A stretch of 64,000 bases of DNA. Source: Armatimonadota bacterium. Its GTDB lineage: Bacteria; Armatimonadota; SYMT01. The stretch lies in assembly GCA_046292385.1 (NCBI GenBank), contig JBKBRF010000022.1, positions 47,984 through 111,983 of the forward strand, in the 5' to 3' direction. Numbering within the stretch: position 1 is the stretch's first letter; each line of letters opens with the position of its first letter. Position numbers and translations under genes: made by a program. This document shows, in pieces, positions 29,434-39,222 of this stretch. Below the pieces are notes generated by a model. The model was not told the DNA's origin. It searched no databases and saw nothing but the letters and a program-made list of their open reading frames with translations.

Positions 29434-29751
29434 GTGCTCATGGGGGCGGCCAGGCTGATGAAAGAGGGCGCGCGGCAGGTACCGGATTGGGTGGGGCGGG
29501 GCGTGGGCCTGGCGGTCTTCGGCCTCGGAATCATCCTGCTGGTCTACGTCTTCTTCGCGACGAACCAGCTCGGCTCGCTGCTGCCGCCGGCGGGGGAGAA
29601 GATCCCGCCCAGCGAGTGGGCGCTCCGGCTCGGGGCTCCCTTCATCGTAGAGCTGGGCAAGCTCTTCATCTCCGGCCTCATCGCCTCCTGGATCGCCGCC
29701 CGCGGGGCACAGATGTACGCCGCCGCGGGGCGGGCACTTCCCGGCGAGTGA
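29434..29751 (+). CDS. Small two-TM membrane protein
   Basis: Two hydrophobic segments; TATAAT-like -10 upstream at about 29384. Confidence 0.65.
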   Translation: MLMGAARLMKEGARQVPDWVGRGVGLAVFGLGIILLVYVFFATNQLGSLLPPAGEKIPPSEWALRLGAPFIVELGKLFISGLIASWIAARGAQMYAAAGRALPGE

Positions 29752-29904
29752 TGCTCGTAACTGATACCGGTTGGCAACATCTCTCTTCCCGAGTAGGGAT
29801 TTAGAGGGCCGGTGTCGAACCGAAGTCCATTCGGCGAGTCTCGTCTGTCCGTTCCACCGGGCGCCCCGGCGCCCGCTCTCGCCGTGCTCACCTGGAGGTC
29901 GTCC

Positions 29905-31905
29905 ATGCCTCGTGCCAAAGTCGGAGCCGCCGTCGCAGCCGCCTGCGCCTCGGCGTTGCTCGCCGCGCCCGCCAGCGCGGACTGGACCGTCTACGGCGGT
30001 AACCTAGAGAACAACTTCTACACTACGGAGAAGCTGACGGCCCCGCTGGGAGTGGAGTGGAAGCACGCCACCAACCGCTCGGCCGGACGTCAGGGGAACC
30101 GCGGCGGCGCCATCATCAAGGATGGGGTCGCCTACTTCGCCTCCGGGCCGCAGCTCCTCGCGGTCGACGCCAAGACCGGCGAGCTGAAGTGGCGGGCGCC
30201 GGAAGCGGACCCGAACGACACCTCGATTCCGAACGTCTCTTCCACGCCGACAATCGGCGACCAGTTCGTCTACGTGCCGGACGCCAAGGGGATGCTCTCC
30301 GCATACCGCCTCCAGGACGGCTCGCTGGCGTGGCAGTTCCGCACCGGCAGCGCCATCAACGCCTCGCCGGTGCTGGTGGGAGACTCCGTCATCTTCGGGT
30401 CGGACGACGACTACGTCTACTGCATCGACGCCCGCACCAGCGACCTCCGCTGGAAGTCGAACGAGCGCGGCAAGGCGATCCGCCTCTCCGACGACCCGAA
30501 CGGGGCCCCGGTGGTCTACAGCGGCGTGGTCTACGTGAGCAGCCGCGACATGAAGGTGTGGGCCTTCGACGTGCTGAACGGCCGCATCCTGTGGTCGCAG
30601 CGGATGGCGGCGCCGAGCGCGGAGCTCTCTCCGGTCGCCGCGAACGGCCGCATCTGGATGGCCGCCGGCACCAACATGTATTCGTTCAGCCTGCGCGGCG
30701 GCAACTTCCGCACCTACCCGCTGGGGCAGTCGCTGGAAGGTGAGATCACCACCACCCCGCTCATCACGGACGAGTTCTGGTTCGTGGGAGACCGCACCGG
30801 CTGGTTCCACGCCTTCAAGAACACCGGCAGCCCGGTAAAGCTGGCGAGCGGAGAGCCGTGGCGGGTGAAGATGGAGGGCCGCCCGATGGCTGCCCCGCTG
30901 ATGACCCCCACCTCGATCTTCGTGACGACCGACCGCGGCTTCATCTACGGGATCGACCTGAGCACCGGCAAGATCAACTGGACCTACCGCATGGAAGCCC
31001 CGAAGGGGATGGTCGGCGATCTCCAGCAGTTCTACGCGCTGCGCGCGCCGCTGGCGGTGGATAACGGCAAGCTCTACGTGGTGGGCGATGACGGCAGCCT
31101 CACCTGCATGTCGAACCAGGCCGAGGACAGCGAAGGCCCCGAGATCGTGATCCGCCGTCCTACGAAGGGGACGATCATGAACGGCCTGCCGCCGATCCAG
31201 ATCTCCGCCTACGTGTGGGACGAGGGCACCGGCGTGAACCTCGACACGATCGAGATGCTGCTGGACGGCCAGCCGATCGAGCAGGACGAGCGGCCCTACT
31301 ACGAGCGCCGCGCCACGCAGCGCACCGGCTGGGTCTACAACCCAATGACCCGCGTCCTGAGCTTCGAGACGCTGAAGGCCGAGGAGGGCGGCACCGACCT
31401 GCCCCTGGCCGACGGTCCGCACAAGATCACGATCTATGCCTCGGACTGGCGCGGCAACACCTCCATGCTGGAGTGGAACTTCACGGCCGATAACAAGCTG
31501 CCGCCGCGCGCCGTGAAGGTGAAGGAGAAGCCGACCGGCCGCGGACAGGGCGCACCGGGCGCCGCCGGACCGGGTGGTCCGGGCGGATATCCGGGTGGTC
31601 CGGGCGGACCGGGCGGTTATCCCGGCGGACCCGGTGGAGCGGGCGGATACCCCGGCGGACCGGGCGGAGCGGGCGGTTATCCCGGCGGGCCGGGTGGCCT
31701 GGGCGGTAACCAGGGGCAGTTCCGCGGCGGCCAGGGCGGCTACGGCTATCAGAACCGCGGCGCCGGTGGATACTTCGGCGGCGGCGGCCGGGGCGGCTTC
31801 GGTGGTCGCGGCGGCGGTTCCGGCGGCTATGGCGGCGGCGGCGGCTACGGTGGCGGCGGCGGCTATGGCGGCGGCGGTGGGCGCCGCGGCGGTCGCGGCT
31901 TCTAG
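29905..31905 (+). CDS. Exported PQQ-like beta-propeller with Ig-like domain and Gly/Tyr/Arg-rich low-complexity tail
   Basis: RBS GGAGG; signal ending ASA-DW; VDAKTGELKW blades; DGPHKITIYASDWRGN (Ig-like); GGYPGGPGG repeats and RGG tail. Confidence 0.88.
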   Translation: MPRAKVGAAVAAACASALLAAPASADWTVYGGNLENNFYTTEKLTAPLGVEWKHATNRSAGRQGNRGGAIIKDGVAYFASGPQLLAVDAKTGELKWRAPEADPNDTSIPNVSSTPTIGDQFVYVPDAKGMLSAYRLQDGSLAWQFRTGSAINASPVLVGDSVIFGSDDDYVYCIDARTSDLRWKSNERGKAIRLSDDPNGAPVVYSGVVYVSSRDMKVWAFDVLNGRILWSQRMAAPSAELSPVAANGRIWMAAGTNMYSFSLRGGNFRTYPLGQSLEGEITTTPLITDEFWFVGDRTGWFHAFKNTGSPVKLASGEPWRVKMEGRPMAAPLMTPTSIFVTTDRGFIYGIDLSTGKINWTYRMEAPKGMVGDLQQFYALRAPLAVDNGKLYVVGDDGSLTCMSNQAEDSEGPEIVIRRPTKGTIMNGLPPIQISAYVWDEGTGVNLDTIEMLLDGQPIEQDERPYYERRATQRTGWVYNPMTRVLSFETLKAEEGGTDLPLADGPHKITIYASDWRGNTSMLEWNFTADNKLPPRAVKVKEKPTGRGQGAPGAAGPGGPGGYPGGPGGPGGYPGGPGGAGGYPGGPGGAGGYPGGPGGLGGNQGQFRGGQGGYGYQNRGAGGYFGGGGRGGFGGRGGGSGGYGGGGGYGGGGGYGGGGGRRGGRGF

Positions 31906-31941
31906 CCCATCCCCGGCCCACTGAAACGGAACGGACAGGCA

Positions 31942-31973
31942 AAGAGGGGGTCGCCGCATGGCGACCCCCTCTT
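31942..31973. terminator. Bidirectional terminator hairpin between convergent genes
   Basis: Perfect 14-bp stem AAGAGGGGGTCGCC-GCAT-GGCGACCCCCTCTT. Confidence 0.7.
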
Positions 31974-31992
31974 GTCGTAGGCGGGGCTCCGG

Positions 31993-32568
31993 CTAGTGCC
32001 GGATGAACTCCGCGCGCCGGGCCCACTCGCTTTCCGGAGCCTCGTCCAGAAGCCGGTTCCAGCCGTCCAGCAGCCGCTGCGAGTCGTTGCTCGACTTGTA
32101 ATCCGCTACGGAAGCCCAGTAGCGCGCTTCCGGATGACGCGTCGGGTCGCCCTCCGTGATCCGGAGCGCCTCCTGCGCCAGCTCCCGGGCGCGATCGAAC
32201 TGCTGCTCGTCGATCGCCGCCTTCAGCCGCGCCAGCGCCATCTCACCCAGGAACCGCTCGGGATCCAGATAGCCCTGGCTCCGCCTGTGCTCCACCCCCT
32301 TAGCGTCGAGCACGATCAGGGTGGGAGTCCACGGGGTGTGGAACCGCTCCATCACCTCCGGTCGCTCCGCCACGTTGAACTGCACCGGCACGAAGTGCTC
32401 GGCGATATACCGCTCCACCTCCGGGTTCGGGTACGTCACGGCACCCATCGTCTTGCAGCCGCCTCAGCCGGGGTTGAAGAGGTCGACCAGGACCAGCTTC
32501 CCCTGTCGCTGCGCTTCTTGTGTCGCCTCCTCCAGGGAGTGGCGCCAGTTGATGTTCTCACCAGCCAT
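31993..32568 (-). CDS. Thioredoxin-family selenoprotein (U35-G-G-C38) with C-terminal TPR-like helices
   Basis: RBS GGAGG plus ATG 32568: MAGENINWRHSLEEATQEAQRQGKLVLVDLFNPG-TGA(32464-32466)-GGCKTMGAVTYP, continuing in frame into the 151-aa track ORF; cis-Pro loop WTPT. Confidence 0.85.
32429..32446 (-). promoter_or_regulatory. Putative bacterial SECIS element
   Basis: Hairpin GGGUGC-CGUGAC-GUACCC; the loop starts 23 nt after the UGA with G at its second position. Confidence 0.55.
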
Positions 32569-32795
32569 TCTGCACCTCCGGAGCCGGGAGTCCGATGACC
32601 CGGCCCTCGAAGGGAGACTACCCGCCGGGAGCCCGCCGCACACGGAGAGATGCAGACCGAACCCCTTCAGGCGATGGGGAGAGGTGGGAACGGCGATGAG
32701 CGGGATGTCCCTGAGGGCGAGGAACGAGGCGGAACACGGCGGACGGCACCCTCCGGAAGTGGAAGAGCCGCCCTCCTGCCTCGAGCTTCTGGCCG

Positions 32796-33368
32796 TCAGC
32801 GGCGCCGCTGCGGGGCGGACCGCCAGCGCTTCCAGACATTGGGCACCTGGATCCCGCCGAGGCTCCGCTGGAGCTCGCTGAGGTCAATCCGCAGCTGCTC
32901 GATCTCGCCGCCGAGGCCCTGGAAGCTCCGCTGCAGCCCGGTGATCTGGGACCGGAGCTCCGCAATCTGCGCGGAGACCCGGCGCAGCTCGGCGGTGTCG
33001 GCCGGAGGTCCCGGAGGGCCCGCGGGTCCCGGCGGTCCCACGGGACCTTGCGGCCCCTGCGGCCCCTGCGGTCCCCGTTCCCCCTGCGGTCCCACTAGCC
33101 CGCGTCCCGCGTGCTGGAGCCCCCGCTCGATCTCCGCCTGGACACGCTGAAACGCGATCGCGGCTTCGTAACGAGTAATCGCACGGCGGCCCTGGAAAGT
33201 TTCGTCGGGATAGCCGGTGAAGACACCCTTCTCCGCAAGCTGGTTCACCGCGTCGAACGCCCAATGGCGGGGTGGCACGTCGCGGAAGGCGCCTTGCTGC
33301 GCGGACGCGGGCAAGGCGGTCGCCAGCGTCAGGCCGGTCAGCAGTGCGAGTACGTGGAGCTTTCTCAC
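32796..33368 (-). CDS. Secreted SLH-domain protein with collagen-like repeat and coiled coil
   Basis: [28 protein letters not shown]...AITRYEAA (SLH); 11 G-X-Y triplets; heptad coiled coil; basic C-terminus. Confidence 0.85.
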   Translation of the reverse strand: MRKLHVLALLTGLTLATALPASAQQGAFRDVPPRHWAFDAVNQLAEKGVFTGYPDETFQGRRAITRYEAAIAFQRVQAEIERGLQHAGRGLVGPQGERGPQGPQGPQGPVGPPGPAGPPGPPADTAELRRVSAQIAELRSQITGLQRSFQGLGGEIEQLRIDLSELQRSLGGIQVPNVWKRWRSAPQRRR

Positions 33369-33507
33369 CGTAACACCCCTCCCGCGCTCCCACGGGTGGA
33401 GCGCTCGCCTCGGGGATTGTACCGGCTCCCGCGGGGAACGGCAAACCCGCGCCAGGCGGCGCACAACCGGCCTGGCCGAGCTCGCTCGCGAAAACGAGGT
33501 TCTGGGA

Positions 33508-33621
33508 GACCGTTGGTAAGATCGGGAAGCTGCTCCGGTGCCCCGCTGACGCGGGGCGCGAAAGCAAGCATTCGCACTCCAGATGCCGGCTCGAGCTGGA
33601 TTCCCTCTCGGCGAGAGGGAG
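33508..33621. repeat. Dispersed ~110-bp intergenic repeat, copy 1 (CAAG-loop REP family)
   Basis: ATCGGGAAGCT-CTCCGGTGCCCCGCTG-CGCGGGGCGCGAAAGCAAGCATTCGCACTCCA...ATTCCCTCTCG-CGA-AGGGAG recurs at 63743-63859. Confidence 0.8.
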
Positions 33622-33777
33622 ACTTCACCGCAAGCGGAATCTCGCCGGCAACATCCTCGCGCGGAGTTCTACCCTCCCGCAGGACGGGGCCCCCGAGTAC
33701 CACCCCCAAACGGCCGCGAGGGCCCCCGCCCGTGTGGACGGAGGCCCTCGCCAGATCGGAGGCCGCGGAAGCGGCGA

Positions 33778-34371
33778 CTACTCCTTGACCTGGACCGACT
33801 TGATCACCACCGGCTCCAGCGGCACGTTCTGGTGCGGACCGCGGTTGCCGGTGCGGACGTTGACGATCTTGTCGACCACGTCCATCCCCTTGGTCACCTT
33901 GCCGAAGACCGCGTAGCCGTAGCCCTGGGCGCTCTCGTCCCGGTGGTTCAGGAAGTCGTTGTCCTTCACGTTGATGAAGAACTGCGACGTGGCGCTGTCG
34001 ATCACCTGGGTGCGCGCCATCGCCAGGGTGCCGCGCTCGTTCTTCAGCCCGTTCCCCGCCTCGTTCTTGATCGGCGCGCGGGTCTTCTTCTGGTCCATGT
34101 CCGGCGTGAACCCGCCGCCCTGGATCATGAAGTCCGGGATCACCCGGTGGAAGATGGTGCCGTTGTAGTGGCCGTCCTTCATGTACTGCAGGAAGTTCTT
34201 GGCCGACTCCGGCGCCTTGTCCTGGAAGAGCTCGATCTGAATCTCGCCCAGGCTGGTCTCCATCACCACCAGGGGGTTCTTCTTCTTCGCTTCCCCCGCC
34301 TCGCTGTCGCCCGCCAGCACGGCGGCGGCGAGCACAGCGCAGGCGAGGATCCCCAACTGCAGAATCGACAC
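33778..34371 (-). CDS. Cyclophilin-type peptidyl-prolyl isomerase, exported
   Basis: [31 protein letters not shown] and YAVFGKV. Confidence 0.93.
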   Translation of the reverse strand: MSILQLGILACAVLAAAVLAGDSEAGEAKKKNPLVVMETSLGEIQIELFQDKAPESAKNFLQYMKDGHYNGTIFHRVIPDFMIQGGGFTPDMDQKKTRAPIKNEAGNGLKNERGTLAMARTQVIDSATSQFFINVKDNDFLNHRDESAQGYGYAVFGKVTKGMDVVDKIVNVRTGNRGPHQNVPLEPVVIKSVQVKE

Positions 34372-34421
34372 GGACTACTCCTTTCAGAGCCTCCGGGCCC
34401 GCGGGTCGCGGGCTCGACAGG

Positions 34422-35171
34422 TTACTTCGAGATCTCGACGTCCTGGATCAGGATCGGCTTGGTGGGAACGTCGCCGGGAGTCGTCTCCACGGCGGCGATC
34501 TTGTCTACCACGTCCATCCCTTTGGTTACCCGGCCGAAGACCGCGTAACCGAAGTCCCGAACGCCGTGATCCAGAAAGTCGTTGTGCTTCAGGTTGATGA
34601 AGAACTGGGAGGTGGCGCTGTCGACCTCGCCGGTGCGGGCCATTGCCAGGGTGCCGCGCTCGTTCTTGAGACCGTTATCCGCCTCGTTCTTGATCGGAGC
34701 GTGGGTCTCTTTCTCCGTCATGTCCGGAGTCATGCCGCCGCCCTGGATCATGAAGTTGGAGATCACGCGATGGAAGATCGTGCCCTTGTAGTGGTCCTCG
34801 TTCGCGTAGCGGACGAAGTTCTCTACGGTGATCGGCGCCTTGTCCGGGTAGAGCTCGATCTCGATCGGCCCCATCGAGGTCTTGATCACGCCCTTGATCG
34901 TCTTACCCGGCGCGGCGGTCGCCGCAGGCTCCGCGGTGCCCGCAGGGGCGTTCCCCTCCGCCGGCGCGTTCCCGGCGTCGCCGTGCCCCTCGCCCGGCGC
35001 GTGGCCGTGACCGTCGTCCGCGCTGTGGCCGTGACCGTCGTCCGCACTGTGACCGCCGGCATTCGCGGCCACGGTACCGCCCGCAGGCGGCTCCTCCGCC
35101 GGCTCGCAGCCCGCGAGCACCAGCCCCAACGCCAGGCACGCAGCTCCAACTCCCAAAGAGATCAGCTTCAT
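34422..35171 (-). CDS. Cyclophilin-type PPIase lipoprotein with His-rich linker
   Basis: Lipobox [12 protein letters not shown] x2; [14 protein letters not shown] and SATSQFFIN. Confidence 0.93.
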   Translation of the reverse strand: MKLISLGVGAACLALGLVLAGCEPAEEPPAGGTVAANAGGHSADDGHGHSADDGHGHAPGEGHGDAGNAPAEGNAPAGTAEPAATAAPGKTIKGVIKTSMGPIEIELYPDKAPITVENFVRYANEDHYKGTIFHRVISNFMIQGGGMTPDMTEKETHAPIKNEADNGLKNERGTLAMARTGEVDSATSQFFINLKHNDFLDHGVRDFGYAVFGRVTKGMDVVDKIAAVETTPGDVPTKPILIQDVEISK

Positions 35172-35280
35172 TCGATTTCAAGTCCTTAGACGGAAGAAGA
35201 AAGATGAAAGAACAGGGAGAGAGTTGAGACCGAACATCCGAAGGTTCGGATTTCATCCCTCATCCCTCATCCCTCATCGC

Positions 35281-36078
35281 TCATCCCTCAGAGGGGTTCT
35301 CACGATTGACCGGCACCGCCGCGCGGGGGAGCCAGTAGCCGCCGTCCACGCGGAGCACGGCGCCGGTGATGTAGTCGGCCGCGTCGGAGCAGAGGAAGGC
35401 GATCGTTTGCCCCAGCTCTTCGATCGTTCCCATGCGCCCCCACGGCAGCTTCGCGGCTTCCCGCTGCAGCTCATCCTCACTCAGGAACTGGCGCTCGCCC
35501 GGGGTGTCGGTCCACCCCGGCTGCACCACGTTCACGTTGATCCGGTGCGGGAGCAGCTCGGTCGCCATGGTGTGCGCCATCTGCTCCAGCCCCGCCTTCG
35601 CCGTATTGTACGGCAGCGAGTTCGGCAGCGGGATGAACGCCAGCACGGAGCTGACCATCACGATCTTTCCGCCGCGCCCCTGCGCCGCCATCTGCCGCGC
35701 CGCCTGGCGGCTGCAGTAGAACGGCGCCATCAGGCTGACCGCCCACGTCTCCCACAGGTCCTGCGGCTCCAGCTCCAGAAACGGCTTACGGATGCTGCGG
35801 TAGGCGTTGTTCACCAGGATGTCGATCCCGCCGAACCGCTCCACCGTCGCCGCGAGCATCCGGTCGACCGCGGCGTGCTCCGCCACGTCGGCCTGGAACG
35901 TCATCGCGTCCCCGCCGGCAGCCCGGCACTCCTCCGCCACCGCGTCCGCTTCCTCGCCGTGGCTGCGGTAGTTGATCACCACCCGCGCTCCGCAGCGCGC
36001 CAGCTCCACCGCGCACCCGCGCCCGATGCCGCGGGAGGCGCCGGTCACCACCGCCACTTGTCCGTCCAGGTCGACCAT
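35281..36078 (-). CDS. Short-chain dehydrogenase/reductase
   Basis: TGASRGIG, LVNNA, YNTAK and VDGG. Confidence 0.93.
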   Translation of the reverse strand: MVDLDGQVAVVTGASRGIGRGCAVELARCGARVVINYRSHGEEADAVAEECRAAGGDAMTFQADVAEHAAVDRMLAATVERFGGIDILVNNAYRSIRKPFLELEPQDLWETWAVSLMAPFYCSRQAARQMAAQGRGGKIVMVSSVLAFIPLPNSLPYNTAKAGLEQMAHTMATELLPHRINVNVVQPGWTDTPGERQFLSEDELQREAAKLPWGRMGTIEELGQTIAFLCSDAADYITGAVLRVDGGYWLPRAAVPVNRENPSEG

Positions 36079-36281
36079 TCCACCTCATCCCGCGCCCCGG
36101 CAATCCGCCAGGGCGAGTTTACCCGAACGGCCGCACCACTGTCCTAGACCTGTCGAACTCGACCAAGCACCTGGATTCACAGCGCTAAAACAGGGCACCG
36201 AAATCGCAATAAAATCGCAATACTCGAGAACAGGACGACCGAAGAGAGGGGAGAAAACTATCAATTTCAGAGGAGAGTTCA

Positions 36282-36818
36282 ATGAAGCGCAGTTTTCTAG
36301 GTAGTTGTTTTGCGCTCTGTGCGTCGTTGTGTGGCAGTGTCTTGGCGACCACCTACTCCCTCTCCGGCCAGATCCACAGCGGAGAGTGCAGCGTCCACTT
36401 CCCCAATCACGATGTTTCATTCTACACATACGGAAGCCTAGAGGCTGGCCATACCACTGGGCCGCACTGGCCACCCGATAGCTCTTGTCATCGCGTGTAC
36501 AGCACTGCTGGCTTCGGGAACGATCCCGCTCAGATGACGATCCACGCAACGAACCTCGATCCAAACTGCACGTTTTTCGGTATGCCGGTCTACGGCCGCG
36601 CTCTAGTCGAGGGGGATGGTTGTGCAACCGTTGCCGGCCCGAATGGGGTCGTCCTAATCCCGGAGACTAGCGTCGCTCTTGATGATCAGGCCACTCCTAA
36701 GACCCTTCATGGAGGCGCTAACTTCACGGTCCAAAACATCTCCAACTGCGACTTCGTAATGCAGTGGGATTCCACGGGGGATGTTGGGGGACCCTGGACA
36801 CGGATAAAGCCGCTCTAA
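36282..36818 (+). CDS. Secreted Cys-containing hypothetical protein (lower GC)
   Basis: RBS AGGAG; signal peptide; beta-rich composition; many A/T-ending codons. Confidence 0.7.
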   Translation: MKRSFLGSCFALCASLCGSVLATTYSLSGQIHSGECSVHFPNHDVSFYTYGSLEAGHTTGPHWPPDSSCHRVYSTAGFGNDPAQMTIHATNLDPNCTFFGMPVYGRALVEGDGCATVAGPNGVVLIPETSVALDDQATPKTLHGGANFTVQNISNCDFVMQWDSTGDVGGPWTRIKPL

Positions 36819-36842
36819 CTCATCCGCCAATCGAAGGGAGGC

Positions 36843-38045
36843 ATGGTTGCCATGAATGGTCAGCCGAAGCTGTTCTTCATAGCGGCGATCTGCGTAATCT
36901 GCGGTAGCCCAATGCCGGGAGCAGCGCCGCCAGCACCGTCGAGTTTGGAGAGCGATCCCCTCCTTCAACGGAACACTGCTGTCACTCCGAAGGTTCATCG
37001 CCTCTCGCAGGTGCTGGAGCGAATCGAGTCGGCGACGGGTCGGGTGGTTCGCAAATCGAAGTTTGTTCCCGACCGGGAGCTCTTTGCCGGGATGAAGCCA
37101 CAGGAGGCCCGGCACATGATGGAGGCTCTACCGCCGGTCCTATCCGTTGATGGCTACCGTTACGACTGGCGAGCCTTTCGGCGCGGAGAGGCGTTCGGTT
37201 ACCTGCTGGTCAGGCATCCGGCGGATCGACGGCGCGCCGCGTCCGAGGTACGGCGGCGACTCGGTACGGCTCTCGCCAGCGCGCCGAAGTACACACCGGT
37301 GTCCGGAACGCCCCGTAACGCGAATTCGGCGGTGCCGGCGCGATACGCGCTGCTCCGGGGGCTCCCTGCCCGCACGCTCGATCAAGCGGTAGGCCAGGCC
37401 CTCGCACAGGGACAGTCCGTGCTGCCGCTCTCGATGTTCGACCGGCGCACGCTGGTGGATGCCACCGGCCGGGTCACCGCCACAAGCGGGGACCGCACGT
37501 CGGGTGGAGAGACGGTCACCTTCTCCTGGCGCGATATCGAGCGGGGGGAGGGATACGTGGTGCTGCGGCCGGAGACCACTCGCGCTGGAGAGACCGGTCT
37601 GCGCCTCTTCATCGGCACGGGTGCTGCTCCCGCAGCCGGCCAGCCGATCACGGGTCCGACCTCCGAACTGATATATGGTACGGAGAACGAGGATCTCATG
37701 GACAGTCTCCGGACCACCAGGAAACCCGGAGATGCGGGACGTGCGCTGCGACCCGAGCCTCCTGTGGATCGGGTGACCGTTCGCGCGCAGCAGGAACTGC
37801 AAGACGGGGAAACCGCACTCGCCAATGTCCTCCGGCAGCTCGCAGACGAAAGCCGCCGTCCCGTAGTGGCTGCCGTCACTCCCAAGAGCGAAGATGTTGA
37901 TTTGCGCCTCTCCGCTGACATCGTCAGCCAGCCGGTCGCAGACGCACAGAGGACCATCAGTGCGCGCTACCGGTTAGGGATCATTCCCGCGGAGAGAGCC
38001 CTGCTGTTCCGCAAAAGACCACCTCCAGTAGCGCGCCCTCGCTGA
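36843..38045 (+). CDS. Secreted hypothetical protein with putative STN/secretin-N0-like domains
   Basis: RBS GGAGG; signal peptide; DPLLQ...LSQVLERIESATG and LANVLRQLADES segments. Confidence 0.65.
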   Translation: MVAMNGQPKLFFIAAICVICGSPMPGAAPPAPSSLESDPLLQRNTAVTPKVHRLSQVLERIESATGRVVRKSKFVPDRELFAGMKPQEARHMMEALPPVLSVDGYRYDWRAFRRGEAFGYLLVRHPADRRRAASEVRRRLGTALASAPKYTPVSGTPRNANSAVPARYALLRGLPARTLDQAVGQALAQGQSVLPLSMFDRRTLVDATGRVTATSGDRTSGGETVTFSWRDIERGEGYVVLRPETTRAGETGLRLFIGTGAAPAAGQPITGPTSELIYGTENEDLMDSLRTTRKPGDAGRALRPEPPVDRVTVRAQQELQDGETALANVLRQLADESRRPVVAAVTPKSEDVDLRLSADIVSQPVADAQRTISARYRLGIIPAERALLFRKRPPPVARPR

Positions 38046-38106
38046 TGATCGGTGACCGCTCAGGGATCGCCCCAAGCTCTGCTGTCAGTACGACCCGAGC
38101 TTGGGG

Positions 38107-39078
38107 TCAGCCCTTCACTGCGTGGATATACTGCGCCAGCGTCTCCGGCATGATGTTGCCGCCGCTCAGCAGGACGATCGTCTTGCCGCGCGTCCGCACT
38201 TTCCCGGTGAGCAGCGCCGCCACGCCGACGGCGCCGCCTGCTTCGGTCACCAGCTTGGCGTGCTCCACGAGCCAGCGGATCGCCCCCTTCACTTCCTCAT
38301 CCGTCACGAGCACCATCTCGTCCACGTAGCGCTGGATATGCGCCAGCGGGAGCGCCCCGGGCGCGGCGGCGATCAGGGCATCGCAGATGGTGTTGAGCTC
38401 CGGGAGGCGGTAGACCTCTCCCCGGCGGAACGACTCGTAGACCGCCGCGGAGCCGGTCGGCTGGACGCCGATCACCCGCGCGGAGGGGCGCAGCTCCTTC
38501 ACGGCGGTCGCCAAGCCGGCGATCAGGCCGCCGCTGCTCACCGGCACCAGCACCGTCTCCACGTCGTCCAGCGCTTCCACCATCTCCAGGCCGATCGTTC
38601 CGTGACCCCGGATCACGTCCCGGTTCTCGAAGGTGTTGATCGCGCGGATGCCCCGCTCCGGCTCCAGCGCAAAGAGGGTGCGCCAGCGGGCGTCGTAGTC
38701 GTTCTCGCAGAGGATCACCTCCGCCCCGTAGCGGCGAGTTTTCGCGATCTTCAACGGCGAAGTGCTCTCCTGCATCACTACGGCGGTGGGAATGCCGAGG
38801 AGCCGGCCCATGTAGGCCCAGGCGCTCGCGAAGTTGCCCGACGAGGAGATCGCCGCGCCTTTCGCCTGCTGCTCCGGCGGCAGGCTGCGGAGCATGGTGT
38901 ACGCCGCCCGCGCCTTGTAGCTGCCGGTCACCTGCAGGTTCTCCGTCTTCAGCCAGACCGGCGCCCCGGCGATCTCCCCCAGCTCTTCCGAGCGCAGCAG
39001 CGGCGTGTTCACGATCTCCGGCGGCAGCGCGGCGCGCGCGGCCCGGATCTCCTCCAACGGCACCAGTCTCTCGTCCAC
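38107..39078 (-). CDS. PLP-dependent threonine/serine dehydratase family protein
   Basis: KTENLQVTGSYKAR, SSGNF, GHGTIGLE, SSGGLIAG and SGGN; RBS GGAGGAG plus GTG. Confidence 0.9.
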   Translation of the reverse strand: MDERLVPLEEIRAARAALPPEIVNTPLLRSEELGEIAGAPVWLKTENLQVTGSYKARAAYTMLRSLPPEQQAKGAAISSSGNFASAWAYMGRLLGIPTAVVMQESTSPLKIAKTRRYGAEVILCENDYDARWRTLFALEPERGIRAINTFENRDVIRGHGTIGLEMVEALDDVETVLVPVSSGGLIAGLATAVKELRPSARVIGVQPTGSAAVYESFRRGEVYRLPELNTICDALIAAAPGALPLAHIQRYVDEMVLVTDEEVKGAIRWLVEHAKLVTEAGGAVGVAALLTGKVRTRGKTIVLLSGGNIMPETLAQYIHAVKG

Positions 39079-39222
39079 CTCGGCTCCTCCCAGCGGCCGA
39101 GGTCGATCACCCCGGCGCTTCCCCGTTCCCCGTTTAGCGCGTCCGCACCTGTCGGATAACCCCTGTAAAGGCGCGGCACGAAGCCGTCCCTGGAAACCAC
39201 GGTCCAGGAGAGGGAGAAAAGG

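Noticed and set aside
31993..32448. 151-aa ORF as a complete gene
   Set aside because: It lacks the thioredoxin N-terminus and active site, which lie in frame upstream across a TGA.
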